Virus record (IMG/VR): IMGVR_UViG_3300042888_001055
Length of the DNA: 64,000 nt
Reading direction: 5' to 3' (one strand)
Source of the DNA: a virus
The position numbers and the translations under genes are program-made. Below, in pieces: positions 16,415 through 25,835 of this stretch. The notes below the pieces were generated by a model. That model had not been told where the DNA came from. It saw only the letters and a list, made by a program, of their open reading frames with translations, and did no database searches. Each line of letters starts with the position of its first letter. The first letter of the stretch is position 1.

Positions 16415-16975
16415 TTAGTCGTTAGGATCATCTATTACAATCCAACCTAATTTTAACAAATCTTCTCGTATTTCAACTGTTACAACACTTTCTGGAACAA
16501 ACTTCTTACATTGTATGTAATATTCTTGTTGTTCTTTAGTTAATGCTTGATATTCATCATCATCTAGTATCTTAGTATCTCTGATACCAGAGCAATACCA
16601 ATCAATGTAGTCACCCTTCTCTTGCATATCAGCAACAATACCACCAGCATGTCTCCAACTACAACTCCACTTTTTCTCAGTTAGTATGGGCCATACATCA
16701 TTTTTAGTAAAATCATTGTTACACATGGAAGCATAAAGATGTTGAGCATAAACATCATCAGCCTTAGTTTTATCAATTATCCATTGAGTACTACGTAAGT
16801 CATACTCCATGTTGTCTTTTTGCCACTCAGGATCTACTATGTTGGCTTCATCTTGTTCTTTGGCTGTTTTCCACATGTTAATGTAAGTTTCAGGAAGTTC
16901 TTTACCATCTTCTTCTGCACGTTTCTTTGCACCTTCAAGTTGGAATGTATGACGGTTTGGACTACTACTTATCAT
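16415..16975 (-). CDS. hypothetical phage protein
   Basis: 186-aa ORF in operon; WSCSWR and YIDWYCSG motifs. Confidence 0.8.
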   Translation of the reverse strand: MISSSPNRHTFQLEGAKKRAEEDGKELPETYINMWKTAKEQDEANIVDPEWQKDNMEYDLRSTQWIIDKTKADDVYAQHLYASMCNNDFTKNDVWPILTEKKWSCSWRHAGGIVADMQEKGDYIDWYCSGIRDTKILDDDEYQALTKEQQEYYIQCKKFVPESVVTVEIREDLLKLGWIVIDDPND

Positions 16976-17441
16976 CTTCTACCTCTATCCAAGTGTGATC
17001 GCCTAACCATTTAACTCTACAAATATATTCGTACTGTTCAGGGGCAGTACCCGACCAATCATTGGGTCCATGAATACTTAATCTAGTAAACTGTTTCAAT
17101 GTATCAAACAACAACCAATAGATATTACCATTTGCCAATTGAAAATCGTATTTTGCGGCATGAATCATATCAGTCAAATCTAATCTATGTTTAATCTGTT
17201 CTGCTTGTTTCTGTAATACAGTTACTAGTTCCATGATTCTATCATATTCTTGTTTAGCATGTAGTCTAGCAACATTAAGCATAATATCTTTATGCTTCTC
17301 TACAGGAACTAAATCAAACTTGGGTCCACTACTTTCTGTGGGATAAGGTGTTACATTACGATTAAAGAAATGTATCAATGATCCACTAGTGGTGGAATCA
17401 TAACTGCTAACACCATTTGCTGAATTTGGTTTGTCTGACAT
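16965..17441 (-). CDS. hypothetical protein (DUF2452-like)
   Basis: Coiled coil followed by GNIYWL...LSIHGPNDW...D.TW; family assignment from memory. Confidence 0.6.
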   Translation of the reverse strand: MSDKPNSANGVSSYDSTTSGSLIHFFNRNVTPYPTESSGPKFDLVPVEKHKDIMLNVARLHAKQEYDRIMELVTVLQKQAEQIKHRLDLTDMIHAAKYDFQLANGNIYWLLFDTLKQFTRLSIHGPNDWSGTAPEQYEYICRVKWLGDHTWIEVEDDK

Positions 17442-17447
17442 TAGATA

Positions 17448-18041
17448 TTATATATCATTTTCTGATTTAACTGTAATCTTTTGGGTAGGCTTTTTAGCCT
17501 TACTATAGAATATGTGATTGCCAATCTTTGCTACTTGTTTATAAGGCCATAATGGATCTACACTTAAATTGTGAAAAAATAATGTTGATTTTGGCACTAC
17601 ATCAGTATACGCATCATGTGCTAGTACATCATATGCTACCTGTTCTGCTTGTTTATATCTTGCGCTGTTTTTATTGGGATCATTTTTCCCCTCACATACC
17701 CAACTAAACTGACATAGTTTTACCTTTTGCATTTCATCGTCTATAATTTTATCTACATATGATGCTTGATATATTACAGCGCAGGGATCTTTGCCAAATC
17801 CATGTGCTATTCTATTCATTACCACACGTGCTACTGCCGCTTGCCCATTTAATGATTCACCACCTGCTTCATAAAATATATTCTTGGCCATACATGTTAA
17901 TTGCTTTGGATCTACCGTTTTTGCAACTTTGGGTTCTTCTACAGGTTTAGGTTCTGTTGATGTTGTCAATTGGTCAAACGTTAGAACCACTGTTATAAGT
18001 ATTAATACTATTAAAATTTTAATAGGTTGGATTAAATTCAT
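17448..18041 (-). CDS. SleB/Hydrolase_2 cell-wall hydrolase with N-terminal anchor
   Basis: CMAKNIFYEAGGE, AVARVVMNR, CQFSW, IGNHIFY. Confidence 0.92.
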   Translation of the reverse strand: MNLIQPIKILIVLILITVVLTFDQLTTSTEPKPVEEPKVAKTVDPKQLTCMAKNIFYEAGGESLNGQAAVARVVMNRIAHGFGKDPCAVIYQASYVDKIIDDEMQKVKLCQFSWVCEGKNDPNKNSARYKQAEQVAYDVLAHDAYTDVVPKSTLFFHNLSVDPLWPYKQVAKIGNHIFYSKAKKPTQKITVKSENDI

Positions 18042-18077
18042 AATTTATCCTTTCTGCTTATTTCTAAGCTATGAAAT

Positions 18078-19658
18078 TTAGATGTTATCCCAGCAGTCGC
18101 AATTGCAACGAATTACTTCGTCTATTGCTTCTGGTACGGAATATGTTGCAGGTAACAGTATATCAGATGCATATATTACTGATAACTGAGGTGGTATTAG
18201 ATTACGATACCTTGATCCTGCAAAACTGCCCGGCTCAACTGCTTCGCCGGTGTCTATTGCTACACCGTCACTATAATAACGGTCATCAACTGGATCATAA
18301 TATCCTAGAGGAGTAGGTGATCCAATTTCGGTTGCTAATGTTGCTGGAATACTACCACCCAACGTTCCATTAGCTATTAACTCTGACTCTTGTTGTTTAG
18401 TTAATTTGTTATCTATGTTGTTGTCTACTGGTATACCCGCTTCTTGCAATCTAGCTTGATTGCGAGATTCACGTAACATTGCTACCAGACTTTGTCCGCC
18501 CACTGTATTGTAATTAGCAATAGCTTCTAATGTTTGTGAATACATATGTGGCTGTGTAAATGTAGCATAACGAGGTATAGTATCTACGAAAGCATACTGT
18601 GTTGCAGGAAATGTTGCTATTGTTGGTTCTCTTAAGTTATCCGGAGAACTATTGGGTACTCTAATTGACATACCTGTAAAAATTGCACGTTGTTCAGTTG
18701 ACAGTATTGTTCCAGTTAACTCCCAATTAGTAATTAATCGTTGTGCAGTTGCTGGATTATTATTTTTAATTGATAGTATCTCTGCATTGGCAGCATCAAT
18801 GTAACCTTGAACAATCGTATTATCAAAACTTGAACCGCCCGGGGGATATGCAATTGATATCGTAGGAACGGATGAAGTTGTTCCAGCTGTAAAGTTCAAT
18901 GCAGTAACTTTACCAAAATTTGTAATGTCAGTGTCATCGGTTCCTATAGTAGCAGTAACAGTAGCGCCGTTAACTGTAACTACAGGTGCGGCTGCCCCCT
19001 CACGTCCATATCCACCACCTGGATCAGTAAGTGTTACACCTGTAGTAGTGTATGTGCTTATACCATCATATGTATATTGTATTGATGCGGTAGCACGTTC
19101 CCATGTTACTGCTAGATATAATTGCTTATAAATGTTAAGTAGTGTACTTGTTTGTAAATTCTTTGTTAGTCCGTCAATATCTATACCAAGATAAGGTAAT
19201 CCACTCATACATCCTAAGAAATTACTCATAGTATATGTACCATACGGACCATTACCCAATGCAATTAATGCTAATCCTTGACTTGCTAGTGTAGTATCAG
19301 TTGGAACATTAGTGCCATTAACGTTCAAATTTTTAATTGTTTCTAAACTATTAACTACTTGTGCAAACTTTTCAATTGGTACACTAGAAATGTTTTTAAT
19401 CTGTTGCATTGACACACTAAAGCAACCGGCAGCTTTAGCAATATCAGGTGGTAATATACCATCTAAATATGCACCAAACCCTTGTGGTATAGCTTGTATT
19501 GTTAATATATTAGATTGAGTACCTTCAGGCGTAATCTGTTCTGTACTAGATTGAGCAACATTTGTATTAGGACTAGTAGTTTCATATGCATTACTAGCAG
19601 GAGCATCCATATCATTGCGCTCTGATACTACTCTAAGATTTTGAAAGAAGCCAGCCAT
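18078..19658 (-). CDS. hypothetical protein, probably virion/baseplate
   Basis: 526 aa; GVTLTDPGGGY motif typical of phage structural proteins; C-terminal CNCDCW; near PAAR. Confidence 0.6.
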   Translation of the reverse strand: MAGFFQNLRVVSERNDMDAPASNAYETTSPNTNVAQSSTEQITPEGTQSNILTIQAIPQGFGAYLDGILPPDIAKAAGCFSVSMQQIKNISSVPIEKFAQVVNSLETIKNLNVNGTNVPTDTTLASQGLALIALGNGPYGTYTMSNFLGCMSGLPYLGIDIDGLTKNLQTSTLLNIYKQLYLAVTWERATASIQYTYDGISTYTTTGVTLTDPGGGYGREGAAAPVVTVNGATVTATIGTDDTDITNFGKVTALNFTAGTTSSVPTISIAYPPGGSSFDNTIVQGYIDAANAEILSIKNNNPATAQRLITNWELTGTILSTEQRAIFTGMSIRVPNSSPDNLREPTIATFPATQYAFVDTIPRYATFTQPHMYSQTLEAIANYNTVGGQSLVAMLRESRNQARLQEAGIPVDNNIDNKLTKQQESELIANGTLGGSIPATLATEIGSPTPLGYYDPVDDRYYSDGVAIDTGEAVEPGSFAGSRYRNLIPPQLSVIYASDILLPATYSVPEAIDEVIRCNCDCWDNI

Positions 19659-19663
19659 TATAA

Positions 19664-20785
19664 TTAACTCCCTATACCGGTAGCTGATGTACCACCTAAA
19701 GCACGACCAACTGATTGACTAGTTGCTGTAGGTGATCTTAACTGACTATTCAACCCATCATTCACGTATATAGGATAATATATTTTACTATTAGCTGGTC
19801 CACCTACTGTATTATAAACCGGAACTGTTAATGATGCATAACTATTAGGGAACAACTTTATTGGACTTAATAAATCAGCTAATGATTCTAAACCAGCTGT
19901 CTTGCAATTCAATGATACTAACACATCTTTCAAATCTTGTCCTAATATAATACCAAATGCCCCGTATATTTTACGTTCTTGTTCTTTGGTTACTGATGAT
20001 ATATTACCCAGCATTTGTTCTAACTCTGTTACAGTAATGTTACTTGCAATTAATGCAAGACTTACTGAAGAAGTAATACAATTGTTTTTCTGTAATGTAG
20101 ATAACAAGTTACTAGGTAAACCAAATGTTGCAATAGTTTGTAAATTTATCGCTTTGCCACTAGCAAGTAAATCTTGTCCAAATACAGTAGTTGCTACACT
20201 TACACCGGCAATATCACCTGTTATTAAATCGTTCATATTACTATATGTACCATCTAAAAATTCTTGTGAGTTATTTACTGCTAATATAGCATCATTACTA
20301 GATTCAATAAAACTATAAGATGACATAAAGCCTGATAAAAAGTCTTTGTATGCTCCACTATCGGCTGATAGTCCACTATTGTAATTAAATTCATTATATC
20401 CTTGTAATGCAAACAATCTTACATAACCCCAACGTGTTACTTCATTTGTATATGTATAGTTACTGGCCCAGTTAGGATATCCAGTCCAATCAAATGTTGA
20501 TGGTGGACTATTACCTAATGCAGGAATACTACTTGCCCCAATAGATATTAAATTATTATAGGTTGTACTATTAACTTGTCCTCTACCGTACGCATCATTA
20601 ATTGAATATGTAAGTAATCTTAAACAAGTTTCATTAACAATTTTACCTAATTGAGTAGCAGATGTTACACTGGTACTAGAGCCTGTAAAGGTTATCATAA
20701 TAGGATTAATATTAAATCCAATATTTTGTAATAGTGAACTTAATGTATTAACACCTAACGGGCTTTGTTTTCCTGTATCGCTCAT
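19664..20785 (-). CDS. hypothetical protein, probably virion/baseplate
   Basis: 373 aa, coupled (4-nt overlap) to PAAR gene. Confidence 0.6.
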   Translation of the reverse strand: MSDTGKQSPLGVNTLSSLLQNIGFNINPIMITFTGSSTSVTSATQLGKIVNETCLRLLTYSINDAYGRGQVNSTTYNNLISIGASSIPALGNSPPSTFDWTGYPNWASNYTYTNEVTRWGYVRLFALQGYNEFNYNSGLSADSGAYKDFLSGFMSSYSFIESSNDAILAVNNSQEFLDGTYSNMNDLITGDIAGVSVATTVFGQDLLASGKAINLQTIATFGLPSNLLSTLQKNNCITSSVSLALIASNITVTELEQMLGNISSVTKEQERKIYGAFGIILGQDLKDVLVSLNCKTAGLESLADLLSPIKLFPNSYASLTVPVYNTVGGPANSKIYYPIYVNDGLNSQLRSPTATSQSVGRALGGTSATGIGS

Positions 20786-21066
20786 GGAACAAAAACGTCA
20801 GGACTACCTTGTACGATACTATGACCGCAACTGTTTCCTGACCCTACTCTGAGTACTGGCACACCTTCACAAAACACAGTTGGACTACCATCTGTAGTTG
20901 TTGCCGCTTTATGAGGTGGATGGGGTTTTCTAGCCCAAGGAGCGTGTGGGGTAATCTGACTAACATGTAGCCCTACTTTAATTCCATTAGCAAATACAGT
21001 ATCGGCACCACGCATTATTGCGCCACCTTCTTGATTTGTATCACCTACACGACTTAGTTTTGCCAT
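20782..21066 (-). CDS. PAAR-domain spike tip protein
   Basis: LSRVGD, VFANG, H...H, GSPTVFCEG.PVLRVG...CGH...GSPDVF; start reassigned to MAKLSR. Confidence 0.9.
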   Translation of the reverse strand: MAKLSRVGDTNQEGGAIMRGADTVFANGIKVGLHVSQITPHAPWARKPHPPHKAATTTDGSPTVFCEGVPVLRVGSGNSCGHSIVQGSPDVFVP

Positions 21067-21067
21067 T

Positions 21068-21373
21068 TTATCCCAATACAATTTTTTTACTAGGTACCTT
21101 AATGCCAGTTGTTGCTTCTAGGTACTTGTCTTTGATGTTATCATCTGTCTCTGCATACATTGCAACACTAGTAGTATTTAGCTTAAATTCACCCTTCGGA
21201 TTTGCGGTAAAGATACTTGGAATCATTTGCATACCCTGTTGACTTGGTGCAATAGATACTGGTTCTTCAATCTGAATAAACTCACTACCTGCTTGAATTA
21301 CTTTTGCAATTAATTCCTCGCCGGAATTAAGCTTAAATGTGTACACTGTGTTTGGTTGTATTGATATTTGCAT
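21068..21373 (-). CDS. hypothetical protein (Sm-like beta fold suspected)
   Basis: FKLNSGEELIAKV...TTGIKVP, a pattern seen in T4-like phage small proteins. Confidence 0.65.
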   Translation of the reverse strand: MQISIQPNTVYTFKLNSGEELIAKVIQAGSEFIQIEEPVSIAPSQQGMQMIPSIFTANPKGEFKLNTTSVAMYAETDDNIKDKYLEATTGIKVPSKKIVLG

Positions 21374-21603
21374 TACGCTGCCTTTGTTAAAAATTGTTTA
21401 AGTTCATTGAATCCACCGATTAATTGTCCATCAATTATAATCTGTGGTACTGTTCTAGCTGATGGAATTTCTTCTAATAGTTCTTCTTTTGTATATCCGT
21501 CTCCGATTTTCTTTTCTTCAAACGGTATCTCTCGTTGACCCAACAATGCTTTTGCTTGATCGCAGTAGGGACAATGGTACTTTGACCAAATAATTGCCTT
21601 CAT
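21373..21603 (-). CDS. glutaredoxin
   Basis: CPYC, RTVPQI, IGGF; SD AAGGAG before MKAIIW. Confidence 0.95.
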   Translation of the reverse strand: MKAIIWSKYHCPYCDQAKALLGQREIPFEEKKIGDGYTKEELLEEIPSARTVPQIIIDGQLIGGFNELKQFLTKAA

Positions 21604-21613
21604 TTTATTCTCC

Positions 21614-22714
21614 TTAAATATTTGGTAAGTCATCATAGTCTAATGATTCACTCATTACTCCTATAACGTAGTTTGTTGATTCAGTTTCCTGCAATGCAGA
21701 TTGTTTCTTACTTGTGTCACTATGTTTATTGAACCAAGGAATAGGTGTACTCTTTGGCGATGGACTATTATATCGTATGCCAATTTCTTTTAATGCACCT
21801 ACGGCCGTATAATCTACAAAGTCTTTTAATACTGTTGCATTTAATCCAATAACAGGGCCCATCTTAAATAGATAATCAGCCCAGTCTTTTTCTTCTTTAA
21901 TAACATCTAGGTATAGTTGATAGACTTCAACTTCGGATTCTGATTTAACTTGTGCAAAACGACTATCTTCTTTTACAACTTGATTAATAAGGTAAGCAGT
22001 CCAGCCTTTATGTAACAATTCATCTTGGAGAATTAAACTGATAATGTTACCATTACCAATAAAGATTTTGTTCTCAACCATTGCTAAACTAGTAGCAAAT
22101 GATACCATAAATCTAAATGCTTCCAATGCGTAACTAGCATGTAATGCCATGTAAATTGCTTTGATGTGTTCTTTCTCGTTTACATCTTGCCCTAACTCTT
22201 TGCGACAGTTAACTTTATGTAGTTCATCATAGTAAAGACCCACACTACTTGCCATGTCAACAATCTCTTTTGTATCATGTATTGTATTGAATACATCTTT
22301 GGGTACATTATATATGTTACGAATGATGTGACTGTATGACCTACTATGAATATTTGATTCAAAAAATCCCCAATTAAACATCAATGCTTCTAGTTCAGGT
22401 AAGGATACTACCGGAGTAAACACTTGAGTTGGACCTCTACCCTGTAAACTATCTAGTGCTGTTTGACGTAACAGATTACTAGTAAAGATATGTTTAACCG
22501 CATCTGATGCATCTTTGAAATCATTGGCATCTTTGGTTAATGAAATCTCTTCTGGAACCCAGAAGAAACCACGTGCCGTTGTTTCAAAGTCTGCAATCTT
22601 TTTATATTTCACCTCCTCAAACCTTTGAATGGTTACGGGACCTTCCGGGTCCAAAAACATTTTTCTATTCAAATAATCTGTCTTAGTGTGTAAGTTGTAT
22701 TGTTGTTTTGACAT
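21614..22714 (-). CDS. nrdB: ribonucleotide reductase class Ia beta subunit
   Basis: FFWVPEEI, LDSLQGR, E-xx-HSRSY, LEAFRF, DELLH, QETE..NY. Confidence 0.96.
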   Translation of the reverse strand: MSKQQYNLHTKTDYLNRKMFLDPEGPVTIQRFEEVKYKKIADFETTARGFFWVPEEISLTKDANDFKDASDAVKHIFTSNLLRQTALDSLQGRGPTQVFTPVVSLPELEALMFNWGFFESNIHSRSYSHIIRNIYNVPKDVFNTIHDTKEIVDMASSVGLYYDELHKVNCRKELGQDVNEKEHIKAIYMALHASYALEAFRFMVSFATSLAMVENKIFIGNGNIISLILQDELLHKGWTAYLINQVVKEDSRFAQVKSESEVEVYQLYLDVIKEEKDWADYLFKMGPVIGLNATVLKDFVDYTAVGALKEIGIRYNSPSPKSTPIPWFNKHSDTSKKQSALQETESTNYVIGVMSESLDYDDLPNI

Positions 22715-22723
22715 TGTTTTTCC

Positions 22724-25042
22724 TTAAAGCTTACAAGCTTCGCAATCTTCTTCATCCATATCATTAAAGCCACTTGGCAAATCTAATACAGTTTCATCTT
22801 GACTCTTACTACCTGCTTTGTTAATCAAGCTATAGTAGAATGTTTTTAATCCCCACACATGTGCCTGCATCAAGTTCTTAGCAATCAATGTTGTTGGGAC
22901 TTTTCTCTCAGGGAAATGTGCTGGATTATAAAACGTATTAGTACTTATGCTTTGATCAACATAGGCTGCAATCACAGCCGCTGTCTTTAAGTACCCGTCA
23001 CAATCTTTTTGATCCCACATCAATTGATATTTGTTTTTCAACTTATGATATTCTGGGACAACTTGTACAAAACTTCCTGCTTTACTTTCTTTAACTGAAA
23101 TTAAACTCATTGGCATTTCAATACCATTAGTGCTATTGATAACTACACTACTAGATTCTACAGGAGCCACTGCCATTTGTGTAGCATTACGGACACCATG
23201 ACTACGCATCATAGCACGTAATCCTTCCCAATTCAATTCAGGTTCAAAGTTTGTTAATTCATTAACACCTTTAGCACGTAACTCCCAGGGAAATATACCT
23301 TGACCATAACGTGTTTTATCACTATGTTCACATCGTCCACGTTCTTGTGCTAGTTCTACACTTGCTTCAGTTAAGTAGAAGGATAAGTGTTCCATCCACG
23401 TCTTGACTTCAGCCAATGCGTCTTTTTCTCCGTACTTGAGACTTCGCTTGGCGTGCCAGTAGGCAAGATTAGTGATTCCAATTCCAAGAGGTCTGATTTC
23501 ATCGTTTGATAATTTAGATTGAATGGATAGAAAGTCTTGATAGTCAAGAATGTTATTGAGGCTACGATGCAGTATGCGACAAGCACGGCGCATATCTTCT
23601 GGGTTACGGAACGCACCCCAATTAATACTGCCCAATGTGCAAAGAGCGATACGACCATCGCTGTCATCCAGACGTTTAAAGGATTTAGTAGGTAAAAGAA
23701 TTTCACAGCATAAGTTACTCTGGTAAATTGTATGATATTCAGGATCAAATGGTCCCTGTTTCATTACGTTATCAACGAACACTAAGTAAATACGACCTGT
23801 ATCTGTTCGTTCTTTTAATATGCCTGACTTGAATACTTCTTCAGCCGACATTGTTTTCTTTCTCAGGTCTTTACGTTTTTCATATTTAACGTATAATTCT
23901 TCAAACAATTCTGTATTACTATAGAATGCTTGATAAAGATCAGGTACTTCGTTTGGATCAAAGAATGTTATTTGTTCTTTGTTTTTGAATCTTCTCCAGA
24001 AGAATGCGCTAAGAACAACCCCATAGTCCATGAACCTGACTCTAGTTTCGTCTGTTCCTTGATTGTTTTTAAGTACGATAAGATCATCAAACTGATGATG
24101 CCATATAGGATAGAATACAGTAGCACTTGCATTGCGAATACCTCCTTGACTGCAACTACGTAAATCGCCGAACCATTTCTTTAAGAATGGTATCATGCCG
24201 GTGTGCATAATCTCGCCACCACGAATAGGACTACCTAATGGTCGTAGTCGTCCTATTTCTAAACCAATGCCAGCACGTTTGCTAGCATACTTTGCCATCA
24301 TTTCTCCGCTAGCAAATATACTGTCCAGATCATCGTCACTGCGGATAAGTACGCAACTACTAAACTGTTTAGTAGGAGTCCCAAGACCAGCGAGAACAGG
24401 AGTAGCAAGAGTGAACAAGCCATCACTGGCTGCATTATAATATTCTTTAATATAACGCATGCGGGCACTATTAGGTTCTTCATTATGAAAGACTGTAGCG
24501 GCTGCAACCATGTATCTAACTTGAGGTGTTTCATATGTTTGTTTTGTTGATCTATTTTTTACTAGATATTTTTCAATCAATTGTTCAATGGCGGCATAAC
24601 TATATTGTTCGTCCTTAGAATGGTCAAGCATGTCGTCCATCTTGTTCCAATCTTCTTCACTGTACCATTCTAGTAGCTCTGGAGTATATAATCCTGTAGC
24701 AACATTAGTTACTACAATATCATAAAGACGGGGAGGCTCATAGTTACCATACACATCTTTACGTAGCATTGATAATCTTTGTTTACCTGCTACATATTGA
24801 TAGTTTGTATGACCTACGTCTGGATTGTTTTCTACATCTATTAAGTCTACAACCGCACGTAACGTAATTCCATCAATTTCTGTAGTTGAAATTCCATCAT
24901 AGAAGTGTAATTGACTTTTAATCTCTACCATTGAAGGGCTAACATCAGCTATTCCTACACATATCTTTGCCACTTGCGCTTGCCATTTTTCTAACATTAA
25001 TGGTTCTTTTGTCCCATTTCTCTTAGTGACGTATATTTTCAT
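22724..25042 (-). CDS. nrdA: ribonucleotide reductase class Ia alpha subunit
   Basis: N-terminal ATP cone (VTKRNG), QFSSCVL, SNLCCEI, LCTL, KTFYY, C-terminal CEAC. Confidence 0.97.
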   Translation of the reverse strand: MKIYVTKRNGTKEPLMLEKWQAQVAKICVGIADVSPSMVEIKSQLHFYDGISTTEIDGITLRAVVDLIDVENNPDVGHTNYQYVAGKQRLSMLRKDVYGNYEPPRLYDIVVTNVATGLYTPELLEWYSEEDWNKMDDMLDHSKDEQYSYAAIEQLIEKYLVKNRSTKQTYETPQVRYMVAAATVFHNEEPNSARMRYIKEYYNAASDGLFTLATPVLAGLGTPTKQFSSCVLIRSDDDLDSIFASGEMMAKYASKRAGIGLEIGRLRPLGSPIRGGEIMHTGMIPFLKKWFGDLRSCSQGGIRNASATVFYPIWHHQFDDLIVLKNNQGTDETRVRFMDYGVVLSAFFWRRFKNKEQITFFDPNEVPDLYQAFYSNTELFEELYVKYEKRKDLRKKTMSAEEVFKSGILKERTDTGRIYLVFVDNVMKQGPFDPEYHTIYQSNLCCEILLPTKSFKRLDDSDGRIALCTLGSINWGAFRNPEDMRRACRILHRSLNNILDYQDFLSIQSKLSNDEIRPLGIGITNLAYWHAKRSLKYGEKDALAEVKTWMEHLSFYLTEASVELAQERGRCEHSDKTRYGQGIFPWELRAKGVNELTNFEPELNWEGLRAMMRSHGVRNATQMAVAPVESSSVVINSTNGIEMPMSLISVKESKAGSFVQVVPEYHKLKNKYQLMWDQKDCDGYLKTAAVIAAYVDQSISTNTFYNPAHFPERKVPTTLIAKNLMQAHVWGLKTFYYSLINKAGSKSQDETVLDLPSGFNDMDEEDCEACKL

Positions 25043-25044
25043 TT

Positions 25045-25482
25045 TTACCCTATCTTATTATTAATTGTTGTTATATCTAATTTGCTTACTATATTAAATT
25101 CTTGTAGATTATTACTTATCACCGTATCAGGCCAGTAATTAAGTATATATTTTGCGTTGTCTACCAATACTAATGGTACTTCATTGCTATCAATGTCCTT
25201 AGCCAAAACGTATTCTATGTCAGTAATATTCATTAATAATAGAGTATAACACATTCCTAGACCTCTTGCAAGTGGACAATAGGTGTTTTCTACCAAAAGT
25301 TCCCAAGGACCAGGCCAATTGGGTAAATCAGTTGGGTGAAGATAGTGATTGATTAATGGCGCACATTGCCACCATTTATCTATTTCCACACATTGTTGAC
25401 TTAAATCAAAGTTTTTGATTTGATTGCGTAAATTATACCAAGATTGTAATCTATTGTCGTAAGACGATTGAAATGTATTCAT
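25045..25482 (-). CDS. hypothetical protein
   Basis: 145 aa; WPGPWELL...YC motif; directly upstream of nrdA. Confidence 0.75.
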   Translation of the reverse strand: MNTFQSSYDNRLQSWYNLRNQIKNFDLSQQCVEIDKWWQCAPLINHYLHPTDLPNWPGPWELLVENTYCPLARGLGMCYTLLLMNITDIEYVLAKDIDSNEVPLVLVDNAKYILNYWPDTVISNNLQEFNIVSKLDITTINNKIG

Positions 25483-25527
25483 TAGATAACTACTTATCTA
25501 AAATTAAAAGATAGCTAACTTTGTTAC

Positions 25528-25824
25528 TTAAAAGAAAGAAGAAAAGTTACCTTGTACTACAGACGGTGCTGTAAAGTTCCATCCATTATTGTTACCAAGA
25601 TCAGTAGAAGTTAAATTAGAAAAGAAAGCAGATGATACATTACTATCTTGTATGCTTAAGTAATTTACGTTAGCTGTGCCTGTAGGTTTAGTCAATGTAA
25701 ATTGAGTACCCGAAACAGAGCTATTAATAGTTACAGGTGCACCGGATTCTCCTGTCATAGTGAAGTTAGTAATTGTAGTAGTAGAACCTGCTTCAAAGGT
25801 AATAGTTGTTGCGTATTGTGTCAT
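25528..25824 (-). CDS. small beta-rich protein resembling a detached C-terminal cap of the upstream fibre head
   Basis: TITFEAGSTTTITNFTMTG...YLSIQDSN...GNNNGWNF...GNFSSFF; own SD AAGGA. Confidence 0.7.
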   Translation of the reverse strand: MTQYATTITFEAGSTTTITNFTMTGESGAPVTINSSVSGTQFTLTKPTGTANVNYLSIQDSNVSSAFFSNLTSTDLGNNNGWNFTAPSVVQGNFSSFF

Positions 25825-25835
25825 GGGTTATTCCT

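Noticed and set aside
21614-25042. Intron or intein in nrdA/nrdB
   Set aside because: Both ORFs are continuous and of normal length with all motifs in order.
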